Positions 8,868 to 18,642 of a DNA stretch of 64,000 nucleotides are shown piece after piece. The notes under the pieces were generated by a model. The model ran no database searches. It saw only the letters and a program-made list of their open reading frames with translations, and was not told where the DNA came from. The DNA is from Deltaproteobacteria bacterium (GTDB lineage: Bacteria > Desulfobacterota > BSN033 > WVXP01): assembly GCA_019308905.1 (NCBI GenBank), contig JAFDHF010000015.1, forward strand, positions 4,978 to 68,977. Reading direction: 5' to 3'. The translations under genes and the position numbers were made by a program. How positions within the stretch are numbered: the stretch's first letter is position 1; each line of letters starts with the position of its first letter.

Positions 8868-9762
8868 TCTCTTCTCAGGGCTCCTGTTTTCCCTGCTGCT
8901 CCATCTGGGTTTCCTGTGGTATGCGGGTCATGCCGGCCACCGGGTTGTGTCCCCGGAACCTCTTCCCACCTCGCTGAGCCTCTATGTACAGGTATCCGCC
9001 GGCCCAGGAAAGCCTACCCCCAATAAGACTCCGAAAGTCTCAACTCGGGCGCAGAGGACCTTGCAGAGGGCTCTTCCCGGGCAGGAGAGACGAACCTACC
9101 AGACGGTCAAGACCGGGGCGGCAACGGAGGCCACACCGCCAGAGGAGAGGATCTCCTTCCCGGAGCCGATCCTGAGGACCCCGGAGATCCAAAGCAGCCT
9201 CCGGTCCGGACGCCTCATCCGGAAACAACCGCTCAGACCGAAACTACCCCCTACCCTGATAAAGAAGAGCGGTCCTCTTGATGTAGAAAGGCCTTTCCCT
9301 GACCCCATGAAACGGCCCACCCAGACGTCTCCTCCCCTGGCCGGGCCTGCCGGGAACGACCCGATTTTTCCACTGGAACGCATTCTCGCCACGAGGGCTA
9401 TTCCTCATGGCCGGGGGAAGGACCCTGAAAAAGAGAACAGGGCTCTCACATCCCGTGGGGAGGGAGCCCCCCTTGTAGAGGCAGCCCCTGACTACGCGGT
9501 CAACCCCAAGCCCCGGTATCCGAGCAAGGCTATCCAAAGGGGCTATGAGGGGACGGTAACCCTCCTGGTGGAGGTTCTCGAAGATGGTTCCGTCCGGGAG
9601 ATCAGGATTGTCGGATCCTCGGGACACGGGATACTCGACAGGTCGGCTCTGAGAACGGTTCGAAAGTGGAGGTTCATTCCCGGCAAGAGGGGGGAAAAGA
9701 CCGTTGCAATGAAGGTGAAGGTGCCGATAGTCTTCAGGCTGGGAAAGGGGAAGGATGGCTAG
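8854..9762 (+). CDS. TonB-family energy transducer (Pro-rich linker plus TonB C-terminal domain)
   Basis: N-terminal TM helix, Pro-rich spacer, and a C-terminal TonB_C domain (YPSKAIQRGYEGTVTLLVEVLEDGSVREIRIVGSSGHGILDRSALRTVRKWRFIP). Confidence 0.65.
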   Translation: MMARDLFSGLLFSLLLHLGFLWYAGHAGHRVVSPEPLPTSLSLYVQVSAGPGKPTPNKTPKVSTRAQRTLQRALPGQERRTYQTVKTGAATEATPPEERISFPEPILRTPEIQSSLRSGRLIRKQPLRPKLPPTLIKKSGPLDVERPFPDPMKRPTQTSPPLAGPAGNDPIFPLERILATRAIPHGRGKDPEKENRALTSRGEGAPLVEAAPDYAVNPKPRYPSKAIQRGYEGTVTLLVEVLEDGSVREIRIVGSSGHGILDRSALRTVRKWRFIPGKRGEKTVAMKVKVPIVFRLGKGKDG

Positions 9763-10774
9763 GAAAGGGGAAGGCCGGATCCGCGCAGGCGGGCTTTTCC
9801 TCGTCTTGGGGGCTCTGCTTTTTGGAGCGGCCCACGCGGCCGCCGGGACGCGGGTCTTCACGGACGCCCTTGGAAGGGCCGTGACCATCGCCTATCCGCC
9901 CGAACGGATCGTATCTCTCGCTCCTGCTATCACGGAGACTCTTTTCGCCCTGGGCCTGAAAGACGAGATCGCCGGGGTCACCCGTTTCAGCAACTTTCCA
10001 CCGGCTGCGGTGGAAAAGCCGAGGGTCGGCTCGTACGTGAATCTCAATATCGAGGCGATCGTAAGCCTGAAACCAGACCTCATTCTGGCCACTGCCGCCG
10101 GAAATCCTCAGATCCAGGCGAGAAAGCTCCAAGACATGGGGTTCCCTGTCTATGTCGTCTATCCCAAAGACACCGATGGGGTACTGGCAACCATCCGGCG
10201 TATCGCCGAGATCGTCGGGAGAAGCGAGAGGGGCGGGGCTATCGTCCGAGACATGAGGGAGAGGATCGAAAGGATCTCTCACCGGGTAAGAGGACTCAAC
10301 AGGCCGAGGGTCTTCTTCCAGATCGGCCGGGATCCCATCTTCACCGTATCCAGGGGAAGTTTCGCCGACAATCTCATATCCCTGGCCGGGGGAGACAACA
10401 TAGCCAAGGACGCCCGTATCCCCTACCCCAGCTACAACCTCGAGGAGGTCATCCTCAAGGCCCCCGAGGTCATTATCGTCAGTTCCATGTATGTCGACAC
10501 CGACCACTCCGGGTGGCTCGAAGAGTGGAAGAGGTGGGATGTCCTGCCAGCCGTGAAGGACAACCGGCTCTACACCATCGACTCGGACCTGGTCGACCGG
10601 CCGTCGGTGCGTATCGTGGTGGGATTGGAGAAGATGGCAAGGATGATCCATCCAGAGGCGTTTCCTCCAGAGCCGTCCGATCAGAACAAGACCAGCCGGC
10701 AATACCCGGGCTTCACTGCGACCGGAGAACCTCCCCTCCGGCCCGATGAAGGGAAAATCTTGGGAAGAGAATGA
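9755..10774 (+). CDS. ABC transporter periplasmic binding protein, cobalamin/iron-siderophore family (BtuF/FhuD-like)
   Basis: Signal peptide and the class III SBP fold motif (ERIVSLAPAITETLFALG...KPDLILA). Confidence 0.7.
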   Translation: MARKGEGRIRAGGLFLVLGALLFGAAHAAAGTRVFTDALGRAVTIAYPPERIVSLAPAITETLFALGLKDEIAGVTRFSNFPPAAVEKPRVGSYVNLNIEAIVSLKPDLILATAAGNPQIQARKLQDMGFPVYVVYPKDTDGVLATIRRIAEIVGRSERGGAIVRDMRERIERISHRVRGLNRPRVFFQIGRDPIFTVSRGSFADNLISLAGGDNIAKDARIPYPSYNLEEVILKAPEVIIVSSMYVDTDHSGWLEEWKRWDVLPAVKDNRLYTIDSDLVDRPSVRIVVGLEKMARMIHPEAFPPEPSDQNKTSRQYPGFTATGEPPLRPDEGKILGRE

Positions 10775-11781
10775 TCGTCACCCTGAGAAGGTCCATCTCT
10801 GTCACCCTTGTTCTCGGAGCCGCCCTCGCTCTCGTCATGACGGCCTCCCTGTGTTTCGGTACGATTCCCATCGACCCGGGCGAAATTCTCAGGGCCCTTG
10901 TATGGAACCTCACCGGCAGGGGAGAGTCTAGCATCCGCGATACCATCATCATCTCAATCCGGCTGCCCCGCGTGCTTCTCGCCGCACTTGTGGGCGGAGC
11001 CCTCTCCGTGGCCGGCTCGATCTTCCAGGCTCTCTTGAGAAACCCTCTGGCCGATCCGTACATTCTAGGGGTGTCGAGTGGGTCAGCAGTTGGGGCGGTC
11101 TTGGCGATGATGCTGGGCTTGGGCGCCATGTCATTGGGGCTCCCCCTGGCCTCTTTTGCAGGTGCACTTGGAACCGTGCTCCTCGTGTTCAACGTGGGCA
11201 GGATGGGCCGGCGGGTCCACACCAACACCCTGCTTCTCGCGGGAGTGATCATCAATGCCTTTTTCGGGGCCGTGCTCATGTTTCTCATCTCCATCTCCCG
11301 CCATGAAGCCCTCCACACGATAGTCTTCTGGCTCATGGGGGATTTCAGCTTTGCCGACTTTGCCGGCGTAACTCTGATCTTTCCTTATGTCGTAACAGGA
11401 ATCTCCCTGGCCTATCTGCTCGCCAGGCGACTCAATCTCCTGGTTGCAGGCGAAGACGAGGCGATCCAACTCGGCGTGGACGTGGAACGGGTGAAGAAGT
11501 CGGCCTACGTGCTGGGGTCTCTGATCACCGCCGCGGCTGTCTCTGTCTGCGGGTTGATCGGCTTTGTGGGTCTCATGATCCCTCACATGGTCAGATTGGT
11601 TCTCGGGCCTGATCACCGGCTCCTCATCCCCGCATCATGCCTCTGGGGTGCCGCCTTTCTGGTGATCTGCGACACATTGGCTCGGACGATTCTCGCTCCC
11701 ATAGAGCTTCCCGTAGGGGTGATCACCTCGGCCTTCGGCGCTCCTTTTTTCATATACCTCTTGAAGACTCGAAGCATCTGA
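10771..11781 (+). CDS. FecCD-family ABC permease (BtuC-like)
   Basis: 336-aa polytopic membrane protein of FecCD family 10-TM architecture. Overlaps its neighbours by 4 nt. Confidence 0.8.
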   Translation: MIVTLRRSISVTLVLGAALALVMTASLCFGTIPIDPGEILRALVWNLTGRGESSIRDTIIISIRLPRVLLAALVGGALSVAGSIFQALLRNPLADPYILGVSSGSAVGAVLAMMLGLGAMSLGLPLASFAGALGTVLLVFNVGRMGRRVHTNTLLLAGVIINAFFGAVLMFLISISRHEALHTIVFWLMGDFSFADFAGVTLIFPYVVTGISLAYLLARRLNLLVAGEDEAIQLGVDVERVKKSAYVLGSLITAAAVSVCGLIGFVGLMIPHMVRLVLGPDHRLLIPASCLWGAAFLVICDTLARTILAPIELPVGVITSAFGAPFFIYLLKTRSI

Positions 11782-11787
11782 TCGGCC

Positions 11788-12576
11788 ATGATTGAGGTGG
11801 AGAACGTCTCATACCGGTACAACGAGGATTGGGTACTGAGGAATCTCAGTTTCTCGGTCCAGAAGGGGGACTTCCTCGGGATCGTAGGCCCCAACGGCAC
11901 GGGCAAGACAACCCTGCTGAAGCTCCTTTACAGATTGATGCGGCCCCAGCAGGGAAGGGTGATCATCGACGGGGTCGATCTGGAAAGGATGGGAAGAAAG
12001 GAGATATCCAAGAAGGTCGCCGTCGTGAGTCAGGAAACGCAGATCAACTTCCCCTTCATGGCGCTTGAAGTGGTACTCATGGGGAGGTCTCCCCATCTGA
12101 AGGGGCTTCAATTCGAGAGCAAGAGGGATTTTGAGATCGCCACAAAGGCCATGGAGGCGACCGATACCATCCGTATCTCCGACAGGCCTTTCAACCAACT
12201 CAGCGGAGGTGAGAAACAGCGCCTCTTTATTGCCCGCGCCCTGGCCCAGCAGACAGACATCATCCTGTTCGACGAGCCCACCGCAAACATGGATATTCGC
12301 CACCAGATCGCCTTCTACGACTTGACAACCACCCTCAACCTGGAGAGAAGGATCACCGTCGTAATAGTGAGCCACGATATCAACCTTGCAGCAGAATTCT
12401 CCAAGACCGTGTTGCTCATCAACGAGGGGAGCATTTTCGCCCTTGGAAAGCCCGGAGAGGTAATCACAAAGGCAAACATAGAGGCGGTCTACGGAACCCC
12501 GGTCCTGGTGGATCAGAACCCGGTAACCGGTGCTCCTCGCGTGACACTCCTGAGGAAAGAGGCCCGCCGCCTGTAG
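11788..12576 (+). CDS. ABC transporter ATP-binding protein (BtuD/FepC-like)
   Basis: Walker A GPNGTGKTT, signature LSGGEKQR, Walker B ILFDEPT, H-loop SHD. Confidence 0.8.
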   Translation: MIEVENVSYRYNEDWVLRNLSFSVQKGDFLGIVGPNGTGKTTLLKLLYRLMRPQQGRVIIDGVDLERMGRKEISKKVAVVSQETQINFPFMALEVVLMGRSPHLKGLQFESKRDFEIATKAMEATDTIRISDRPFNQLSGGEKQRLFIARALAQQTDIILFDEPTANMDIRHQIAFYDLTTTLNLERRITVVIVSHDINLAAEFSKTVLLINEGSIFALGKPGEVITKANIEAVYGTPVLVDQNPVTGAPRVTLLRKEARRL

Positions 12577-12624
12577 GTAAATCCGAAGGAAAGTTTCGGC
12601 CCGGCGCTCGCGACTCGACATGAG

Positions 12625-12667
12625 TTGACAAAACCGGCGACGGGATTATAATGGTTTAACCATTATG
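12625..12667 (+). promoter_or_regulatory. Promoter (TTGACA-16-TATAAT) with a perfect 19-bp palindrome ATAATGGTTTAACCATTAT overlapping the -10 and the start codon; probable GntR autoregulatory operator
   Basis: Read directly from sequence: ttgacaaaaccggcgacgggattataatggtttaaccattatg. Confidence 0.45.
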
Positions 12668-13402
12668 AAACCGGCAGATCAGATCTTTCATCAGGCCAAG
12701 CAGAGTCGGGCCTTCCAAAACGTAATCGATCAGATCCAGGAAGCCATCCTCCAGGGCAAGCTCAAGGCCGGGGACAGGCTGCCAGGGGAGCGGGAACTGA
12801 AGGAGGCCTTCAAGACCAGCAGGGGGACCCTTCGGGAGGCCCTGCGGGTATTGGAGCAGAAAGGACTCATCACCATCAAGACCGGCGTCGGCGGCGGGCC
12901 CATCGTGAAGGCCGTAACCACCCGCCAGGTGACAGAAAGTCTGGCCCTACTGCTGAGATACCAGAAGGTCTCCCTTAGAGACCTCGCCGAATTTCGAGAG
13001 GGTGTGGAGGGAATCGTTACCGGCCTTGCCGCGGAAAGGGCCGAACAGAGAGACATAGAGCATCTGAGAGACCTGCTGGCAAAGGCAAAGGCCCACCTTG
13101 AGGGGGGAGTCTCCGAGTGGGATGAGTTTATCCAGGTCGACAATGCCCTGCACCTCGAGCTCGCCCGGATAGCCAGGAACCCGGTATACGAATCGGTCCT
13201 GCAGACGGTCCATGAGAATATCAACCAGTACTACGAACGCTACCTGCCAAAGAGCGAGAAGAACATGAAAGAGAACTACCAGGATCTATGTGAGATCGTT
13301 AAGGCTGTGGAAGAGAGGCAGGCGACAAAGGCCCGCCTTCTTGCCCAGGAGCACGTAAAACGGTTCAACAGATTCATGGAATCCGAGTCTCGCCCTTCCT
13401 GA
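12665..13402 (+). CDS. GntR-family transcriptional regulator, FadR/FCD subfamily
   Basis: N-terminal GntR wHTH (LPGERELKEAFKTSRGTLREALRVLEQKGLI) and a C-terminal all-helical FCD domain. Immediately upstream of the proline-catabolic genes. Confidence 0.8.
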   Translation: MKPADQIFHQAKQSRAFQNVIDQIQEAILQGKLKAGDRLPGERELKEAFKTSRGTLREALRVLEQKGLITIKTGVGGGPIVKAVTTRQVTESLALLLRYQKVSLRDLAEFREGVEGIVTGLAAERAEQRDIEHLRDLLAKAKAHLEGGVSEWDEFIQVDNALHLELARIARNPVYESVLQTVHENINQYYERYLPKSEKNMKENYQDLCEIVKAVEERQATKARLLAQEHVKRFNRFMESESRPS

Positions 13403-13479
13403 CTCTTGCCGGGAGGTTCGCCGGGAAGGAGCCGGAAGGCTCGACCCGGGTGTAAAGATTCCAGGGAAAGGAGCTTGCC

Positions 13480-15114
13480 ATGGCAAACGCGAAATACACC
13501 ATACCCATGCCGCCGAACGAGCCGGTTGGGACCTATGCTCCTGGCACGCCCGAACGGGAGGCGGTCAAGGCCGCACTGGCGCGACTAAGAAACCAGCACA
13601 TCGAGATTCCCCTCTTGATCGGAGGGAAGGAGGTGAGGACCGGGAGAGTGGCCGAATGCCTCCTCCCCCACGACCACAAGACCGTGATAGGAACCTTTCA
13701 TCAGGCAGGGCCGAAAGAGGTGGAGATGGCCATCGAGGCTGCCATCAAGGCCCGAAAGGATTGGGCGGCCATGGACTGGCACGATCGAATCGCCGTTTTT
13801 CTAAAAGCCGCCGACCTTCTTTCCGGGCCGTGGCGGGCGGTTCTCAACGCTGCGACCATGCTCGGCCAGAGCAAGACCGTCTTCCAGGCCGAGATCGACT
13901 CCGCCTGCGAACTGATCGACTTTTTCAGATTCAACGCTTACTATGCCATGCAGATCTTTGAAGAGCAGCCTCCATACTCTCCCCGGGAAATGTGGAACCG
14001 GATGGAATACCGCCCCTTGGAGGGATTCGTCTTCGCCGTGACCCCCTTCAACTTCGTGTCGATAGCAGGAAACCTTCCCTCTTCTCCCGCCATGGTCGGT
14101 AACGTCTCCCTTTGGAAGCCGGCTTCCAATGCCGTCTACCCCGCCTATCACCTCATGAGACTCTTCCAGGAAGCCGGACTCCCCGAAGGTGTGATAAACT
14201 TCATGCCAGGGCCCGGCAGCCAAGTCGGACCCCTTGTGCTCGCCTCGCCCCACCTGGCCGGAATCCACTTCACCGGCAGCACCGAGACCTTCCGGGCCAT
14301 GTGGAAGACGGTGGGAGAGAATATCAAGGGCTACAGATGCTATCCCAGAATCGTTGGAGAAACAGGAGGCAAGGACTTCGTTGTCGCCCACCCGAGCGCC
14401 GACGTGAAGGCCTTGGGCGTGGCACTCATTCGGGGTGCCTTCGAATACCAGGGCCAGAAGTGTTCTGCAGCCTCGAGGGCTTATATCCCCAGGAGCATCT
14501 GGGGGGATCTCAGGGACTTCATGGTCAGTGAGCTGAAGACCGTGAAGATGGGAGACGTGGAGGACTTCACCAACTTCATGACCGCAGTCATCGATCGCGG
14601 GGCTTTCGCCAAGATCAGCGGTTACATCGAGTCGATCAAGAAATCCAGCGAAGCCGATCTCGTCTTTGGAGGAGGCTGCGACGACAGCAGGGGATTCTTT
14701 ATCGAGCCCACTGTCGCGGTCACCACCAATCCCAGATTCCGCACCATGGAGGAGGAAATCTTCGGTCCCCTCCTCACTGTCTACGTCTACGAGGATGACA
14801 AGTACGAGGAGACCCTGCGTCTCTGTGACGAGACCTCGCCTTACGGTCTGACAGGAGCGGTCTTTTCTCAGGACCGCCGGGCCCTTGCAAAGGCCGAGAG
14901 GATCCTGGTGAACGCGGCAGGCAACTTCTACATCAACGACAAGCCGACGGCGGCCGTGGTCGGCCAGCAGCCTTTTGGAGGCAGCCGTGCAAGCGGGACC
15001 AATGACAAGGCCGGAAGCCTGTGGAACATGCTCCGGTGGGTGAGCCCGAGAGCCATAAAGGAGAATTTTGTTCCCCCCCTGGACTATCGCTACCCGTTCA
15101 TGGAGGAAAAGTAG
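13480..15114 (+). CDS. Delta-1-pyrroline-5-carboxylate (L-glutamate gamma-semialdehyde) dehydrogenase, ALDH4-type
   Basis: 544-aa ALDH superfamily protein with catalytic Cys and Glu motifs (FEYQGQKCSAASR, IVGETGGKDF). Length and motifs are typical of stand-alone P5CDH. Confidence 0.85.
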   Translation: MANAKYTIPMPPNEPVGTYAPGTPEREAVKAALARLRNQHIEIPLLIGGKEVRTGRVAECLLPHDHKTVIGTFHQAGPKEVEMAIEAAIKARKDWAAMDWHDRIAVFLKAADLLSGPWRAVLNAATMLGQSKTVFQAEIDSACELIDFFRFNAYYAMQIFEEQPPYSPREMWNRMEYRPLEGFVFAVTPFNFVSIAGNLPSSPAMVGNVSLWKPASNAVYPAYHLMRLFQEAGLPEGVINFMPGPGSQVGPLVLASPHLAGIHFTGSTETFRAMWKTVGENIKGYRCYPRIVGETGGKDFVVAHPSADVKALGVALIRGAFEYQGQKCSAASRAYIPRSIWGDLRDFMVSELKTVKMGDVEDFTNFMTAVIDRGAFAKISGYIESIKKSSEADLVFGGGCDDSRGFFIEPTVAVTTNPRFRTMEEEIFGPLLTVYVYEDDKYEETLRLCDETSPYGLTGAVFSQDRRALAKAERILVNAAGNFYINDKPTAAVVGQQPFGGSRASGTNDKAGSLWNMLRWVSPRAIKENFVPPLDYRYPFMEEK

Positions 15115-15200
15115 GCAGGCCGTTTCCACGGCACATGATCCGTGGCCGGCCCCATAACCGACGGTGAAACCCGATTCGGACCGTCAGGAAGCCTGACCGG

Positions 15201-17504
15201 ATGGGAGAATCGATCCGCATAAAGGGAGGAAAGCCTTTTCGAGTAGAGCCGATCAAGGCCTCTCCCTGTTCTGTGGAATGCCCCTTGGGAACCAACGTTA
15301 AGGCCTATGTATCCCTGATCGCCGCAGGACGGTTTGCCGAGGCCCTCGAAGTAGTACGCCGGACCAATCCTTTCCCGGGCATCTGCGGAAGGGTCTGCCC
15401 CCACCCCTGCGAGGACGAATGCCGCAGGAGAGAGATCGATGCACCGGTGTCGATCGCGGCCCTCAAACGATTCATAGCCGACTACGAGCTACGCCATGGC
15501 CTGCTGCCGCGGCTAAGGGCCCAGAAGAAAGACCGTGGCAGGGTCGGCGTGATAGGGGCCGGTCCGGCAGGGCTCACCTGTGCCGCGGACCTGGCAAGGG
15601 AGGGATACAGGGCGACCGTTTTTGAAGCCCTGCCCGTCGCCGGTGGTATGATGGCTGTAGGTATTCCACCCTATCGCCTCCCCAGGGAGATTCTTAGAAC
15701 CGAGATCGGGGCTATCGAAGCATTGGGAGTTGATCTCAGGTTGAACGAGCGGGTGGGCGAACGGGTCGGATTCGATGATATAGTCCGGGATTTTGATGCG
15801 GTGTTCATCGCAACAGGTGCCCAGAAACCGCGGGGGCTGGGCGTGCCAGGCGAGAGGGATGTCCGCCATGGGCTGGTGGACTGGCCTGCCCTGCTACGGG
15901 ACGTCTCCTTCGGGTGCGCAAAGAGGCCCGGGGAGAGACTGGTAGTTGTAGGCGGGGGAAATACCGCAGTGGACGCGGCACGGGTGGCCCTCCGTCTCGG
16001 TACCAGGGAGGTAAGGATCGTCTACCGCCGATCCCGCGATGAAATGCCCGCCTACAGAGAGGAGGTGGCCGATGCCCAAGCGGAAGGCATCGAGATCGAC
16101 TTCCTCGCGGCCCCGGTAAGGCTGGTGGTGGAGGGGGGACGGTTGAGGGGCGTCGAGTGTGTCCGGATGCGGCTCGGCAAGAGGGACGAGACCGGCCGCC
16201 CCCGGCCTGTACCGGTCAAGCACTCGGAGTTTGTCATCCCCTGCGATGCCCTCATCCCGGCGATCGGCCAGGAGTTCGACAGATCTTTCTTGGGCGTGAG
16301 GCATGGATTGAGAATCTCGGGGAAGAATCTCCTTGTGGCCGACCCTCTCACCATGGCCACCGACCGTGAAGGCGTCTTCGCGGGCGGCGATGCCATAACA
16401 GGCCCGGCCAGCGTGGTGGAGGCCATCGCCTCCGGCCACCGGGGGGCCCGCTCAATCGGCAGATACCTCCGGGGGCTTCCCCTCGAATCGCCTTCAGAGA
16501 GAATCTCCCCAGAGACGGAGGAACTGACCCTGGAGATTCCACCCCCGCCAAGGACCGTCCGAATCTCAGGATCCCGGCTCTCCCCCGAGGAGAGACGGAC
16601 CTCCTTTGAAGAGATAGAAAGGGGATTGACAGAGACAGAAGCGGTAGCCGAAGCCGAGCGGTGCATGCGGTGTGGGCTCTGCATGGAGTGTACGGAATGC
16701 CTGGCCCTCTGTGAGGGGAGACAGGCGATTCTCGAATCCACCCCTTTCGTCCCAACAGAGAGGCTGAAGCAGCCGGGAATACTCGTCCGGGTGCCACCGG
16801 GGCTGCACCGAGAACTTGCGACCCGGGGCAGTGTGCCCGTTCGATATCGAGCCCGGCCGCACGAGATGTCCGTCTTCACAGCCGTGGTCGATCCCGAACG
16901 GTGCAGGGGCTGCGGCTTGTGCGAAGAGACCTGCGGTTACCGGGCCGCACGGGTGCTCTACCAGGGCGGCGGGGTCTTCACCGCCAGGGTCGACCAGGAG
17001 ATGTGTCGCGGATGCGGGGCTTGCGTGGCCGTCTGCCCCTCCGGGGCGATGGGGCAAAACCTCTTCACCCCTGACCGAATCGATCGCCTGGTCCATGCCC
17101 AAATCGAGCAGAGCAAGGGGAGGCGGCCGGTCGTTGTGTTTGCGTGCCGGTGGAACCCGGCGCTCAGACTGGAACGTGCCAGACGGACGGCCGAAGTGAT
17201 CGAGGTCATGTGTACTGGAAGGATCACAGGGGGAGAAGTGCTGAGGGCATTCGAAAGGGGGAGCCAGGGTGTGTTGGTCATCGGTTGCACCGAGCAGGAC
17301 TGCCACTACGGGTTCGGCAGAGCCAGGGCAGAGGAGAACCTCCGGCGTGTCAGCCAGGTCCTGTCACTCCTGGGGATAGAGACCAGCCGCCTTCGTACCG
17401 TCCAGGCCCCGATCGAAGGAGCCCTGGATCTGGCCGAGCTCGTGGAGGATTTCATCTCTGAGATTTCGAGCCTGGGAACCAATCTCACGGGTGGATCGAA
17501 TTGA
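15201..17504 (+). CDS. Fusion of a GltD-like NAD(P)H-dependent FAD/Fe-S oxidoreductase, 2x[4Fe-4S] ferredoxin and an MvhD-like domain
   Basis: N-terminal Cys clusters (CPLGTN...CGRVCPHPCEDEC), a GxGxxG FAD/NAD domain (VIGAGPAGL, VVGGGNTAVD), ferredoxin motifs (CMRCGLCMECTEC, CRGCGLCEETC, CRGCGACVAVCP) and a C-terminal MvhD-like segment (VVFACRWN...GCTEQDCHY). Confidence 0.75.
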   Translation: MGESIRIKGGKPFRVEPIKASPCSVECPLGTNVKAYVSLIAAGRFAEALEVVRRTNPFPGICGRVCPHPCEDECRRREIDAPVSIAALKRFIADYELRHGLLPRLRAQKKDRGRVGVIGAGPAGLTCAADLAREGYRATVFEALPVAGGMMAVGIPPYRLPREILRTEIGAIEALGVDLRLNERVGERVGFDDIVRDFDAVFIATGAQKPRGLGVPGERDVRHGLVDWPALLRDVSFGCAKRPGERLVVVGGGNTAVDAARVALRLGTREVRIVYRRSRDEMPAYREEVADAQAEGIEIDFLAAPVRLVVEGGRLRGVECVRMRLGKRDETGRPRPVPVKHSEFVIPCDALIPAIGQEFDRSFLGVRHGLRISGKNLLVADPLTMATDREGVFAGGDAITGPASVVEAIASGHRGARSIGRYLRGLPLESPSERISPETEELTLEIPPPPRTVRISGSRLSPEERRTSFEEIERGLTETEAVAEAERCMRCGLCMECTECLALCEGRQAILESTPFVPTERLKQPGILVRVPPGLHRELATRGSVPVRYRARPHEMSVFTAVVDPERCRGCGLCEETCGYRAARVLYQGGGVFTARVDQEMCRGCGACVAVCPSGAMGQNLFTPDRIDRLVHAQIEQSKGRRPVVVFACRWNPALRLERARRTAEVIEVMCTGRITGGEVLRAFERGSQGVLVIGCTEQDCHYGFGRARAEENLRRVSQVLSLLGIETSRLRTVQAPIEGALDLAELVEDFISEISSLGTNLTGGSN

Positions 17505-18637
17505 CTAGTGTAGAGGACCTTGCCGGTCAGTGCAACATCCAGGCTGTAAGAAAAGACGCGGAGAAGCTGAACGCCGCCTGCCCCGTGGCCAGGGTCAATC
17601 CCGGATTTTCACCTGAGAGAATCGCCAACCTTTCGGAAAAGGACCCGCCGGGGCTTATCCGGAGCCCTCTTGTCTGGGAGTGCCTCACCTGTCACCTCTG
17701 CCGGGAGATCACGAGGGGGCAGGTGGACATGTCCCGGTTTGTACGTGATGTGCGGCAGATGGCAGTGAAGGCGGGATTTCGCGGGACAGAAACCCATGGG
17801 GGCATTCTCATCACCGCACAACGGTTGAACGCCAGAACCGGATTGAAACCCAGCCGGACCGACTGGATCGCCCCGCCCCTGAGGGTCAGGTCGAAGGGAG
17901 GGGAGTATCTCTATTGGGTGGGAGGCGCTCCCTTTTTCGCAGCAGTGATGCCGGACCTGAGACCAACACCGCTGGATTCTGCACGTGCGGCCATCGGCCT
18001 GCTCAACAGGGTGGGGATCGAGCCGATCGTCCTCGAAGACGAACGGTTTTCCGGACACGACCTCCTATGGACCGGCGAAGCCGAGCTGTTCCGGACCCTG
18101 GCGGAACAGAATCTCCAGGCCATCAAGCGGTCCGGGGCCAAGGTTGTGATCGTCTCCTCACCGGAGGACTACTACACCCTGGCCGAAAGCTACGGGGAGT
18201 ATTGCGGCGGGCTGGACTTCGAGGTGTTTCACATCACCGAGATCCTCGCGAGCCGCCTGTCAGGGCTGGAGTTTGGAGAATGGCAGGAGCGGGTGACCTA
18301 TCATGACCCCTGCCGGTTGGGCCGCGGCATGGGTGTCTACGAGCCACCCCGGCAGATCCTCTCTGCCGTGCCGGGCCTGGAACTCGTTGAAATGGAAAAC
18401 ACGAGGGAGTTTTCCCTCTGTTGCGGAACATCCTGCTGGACCAACTGCAGGGGGTATTCCAAACTGATTCAGGTCAACCGGCTCAGAGAGGCCGCTGCAG
18501 CCGGTGCTCAGTCCCTTGTCACGACCTGCTGGGAGTGTATCCTGCATTTCCGCTGTGCCACGCGTCCCGAGGCCTGGCGCCAGGTCTTTGTGGAGGTCAA
18601 GGATCTCCTTGGTCTCCTTGCGTCACGGCTGCATTGA
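17501..18637 (+). CDS. HdrD/GlcF-like Fe-S oxidoreductase with CCG domains
   Basis: CxxC...C motifs (CLTCHLC) and two Cys-rich CCG-type segments (HDPCRLGRG, SLCCGTSCW, TTCWECILHF). Confidence 0.7.
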   Translation: MTSVEDLAGQCNIQAVRKDAEKLNAACPVARVNPGFSPERIANLSEKDPPGLIRSPLVWECLTCHLCREITRGQVDMSRFVRDVRQMAVKAGFRGTETHGGILITAQRLNARTGLKPSRTDWIAPPLRVRSKGGEYLYWVGGAPFFAAVMPDLRPTPLDSARAAIGLLNRVGIEPIVLEDERFSGHDLLWTGEAELFRTLAEQNLQAIKRSGAKVVIVSSPEDYYTLAESYGEYCGGLDFEVFHITEILASRLSGLEFGEWQERVTYHDPCRLGRGMGVYEPPRQILSAVPGLELVEMENTREFSLCCGTSCWTNCRGYSKLIQVNRLREAAAAGAQSLVTTCWECILHFRCATRPEAWRQVFVEVKDLLGLLASRLH

Positions 18638-18642
18638 CAGGC

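Noticed and set aside
9734-10702. 322-aa ORF on the minus strand opposite the BtuF-like gene. Similar long antisense ORFs occur at 13801-15129, 16052-16879, 16566-17306, 18508-19695, 20181-21038, 30577-31503, 50285-51163, 57121-58320 and 59652-60422.
   Set aside because: These are typical high-GC shadow ORFs. They have no recognisable domains, are Arg/Pro/Gly-rich, and each fully overlaps a well-supported gene on the other strand.
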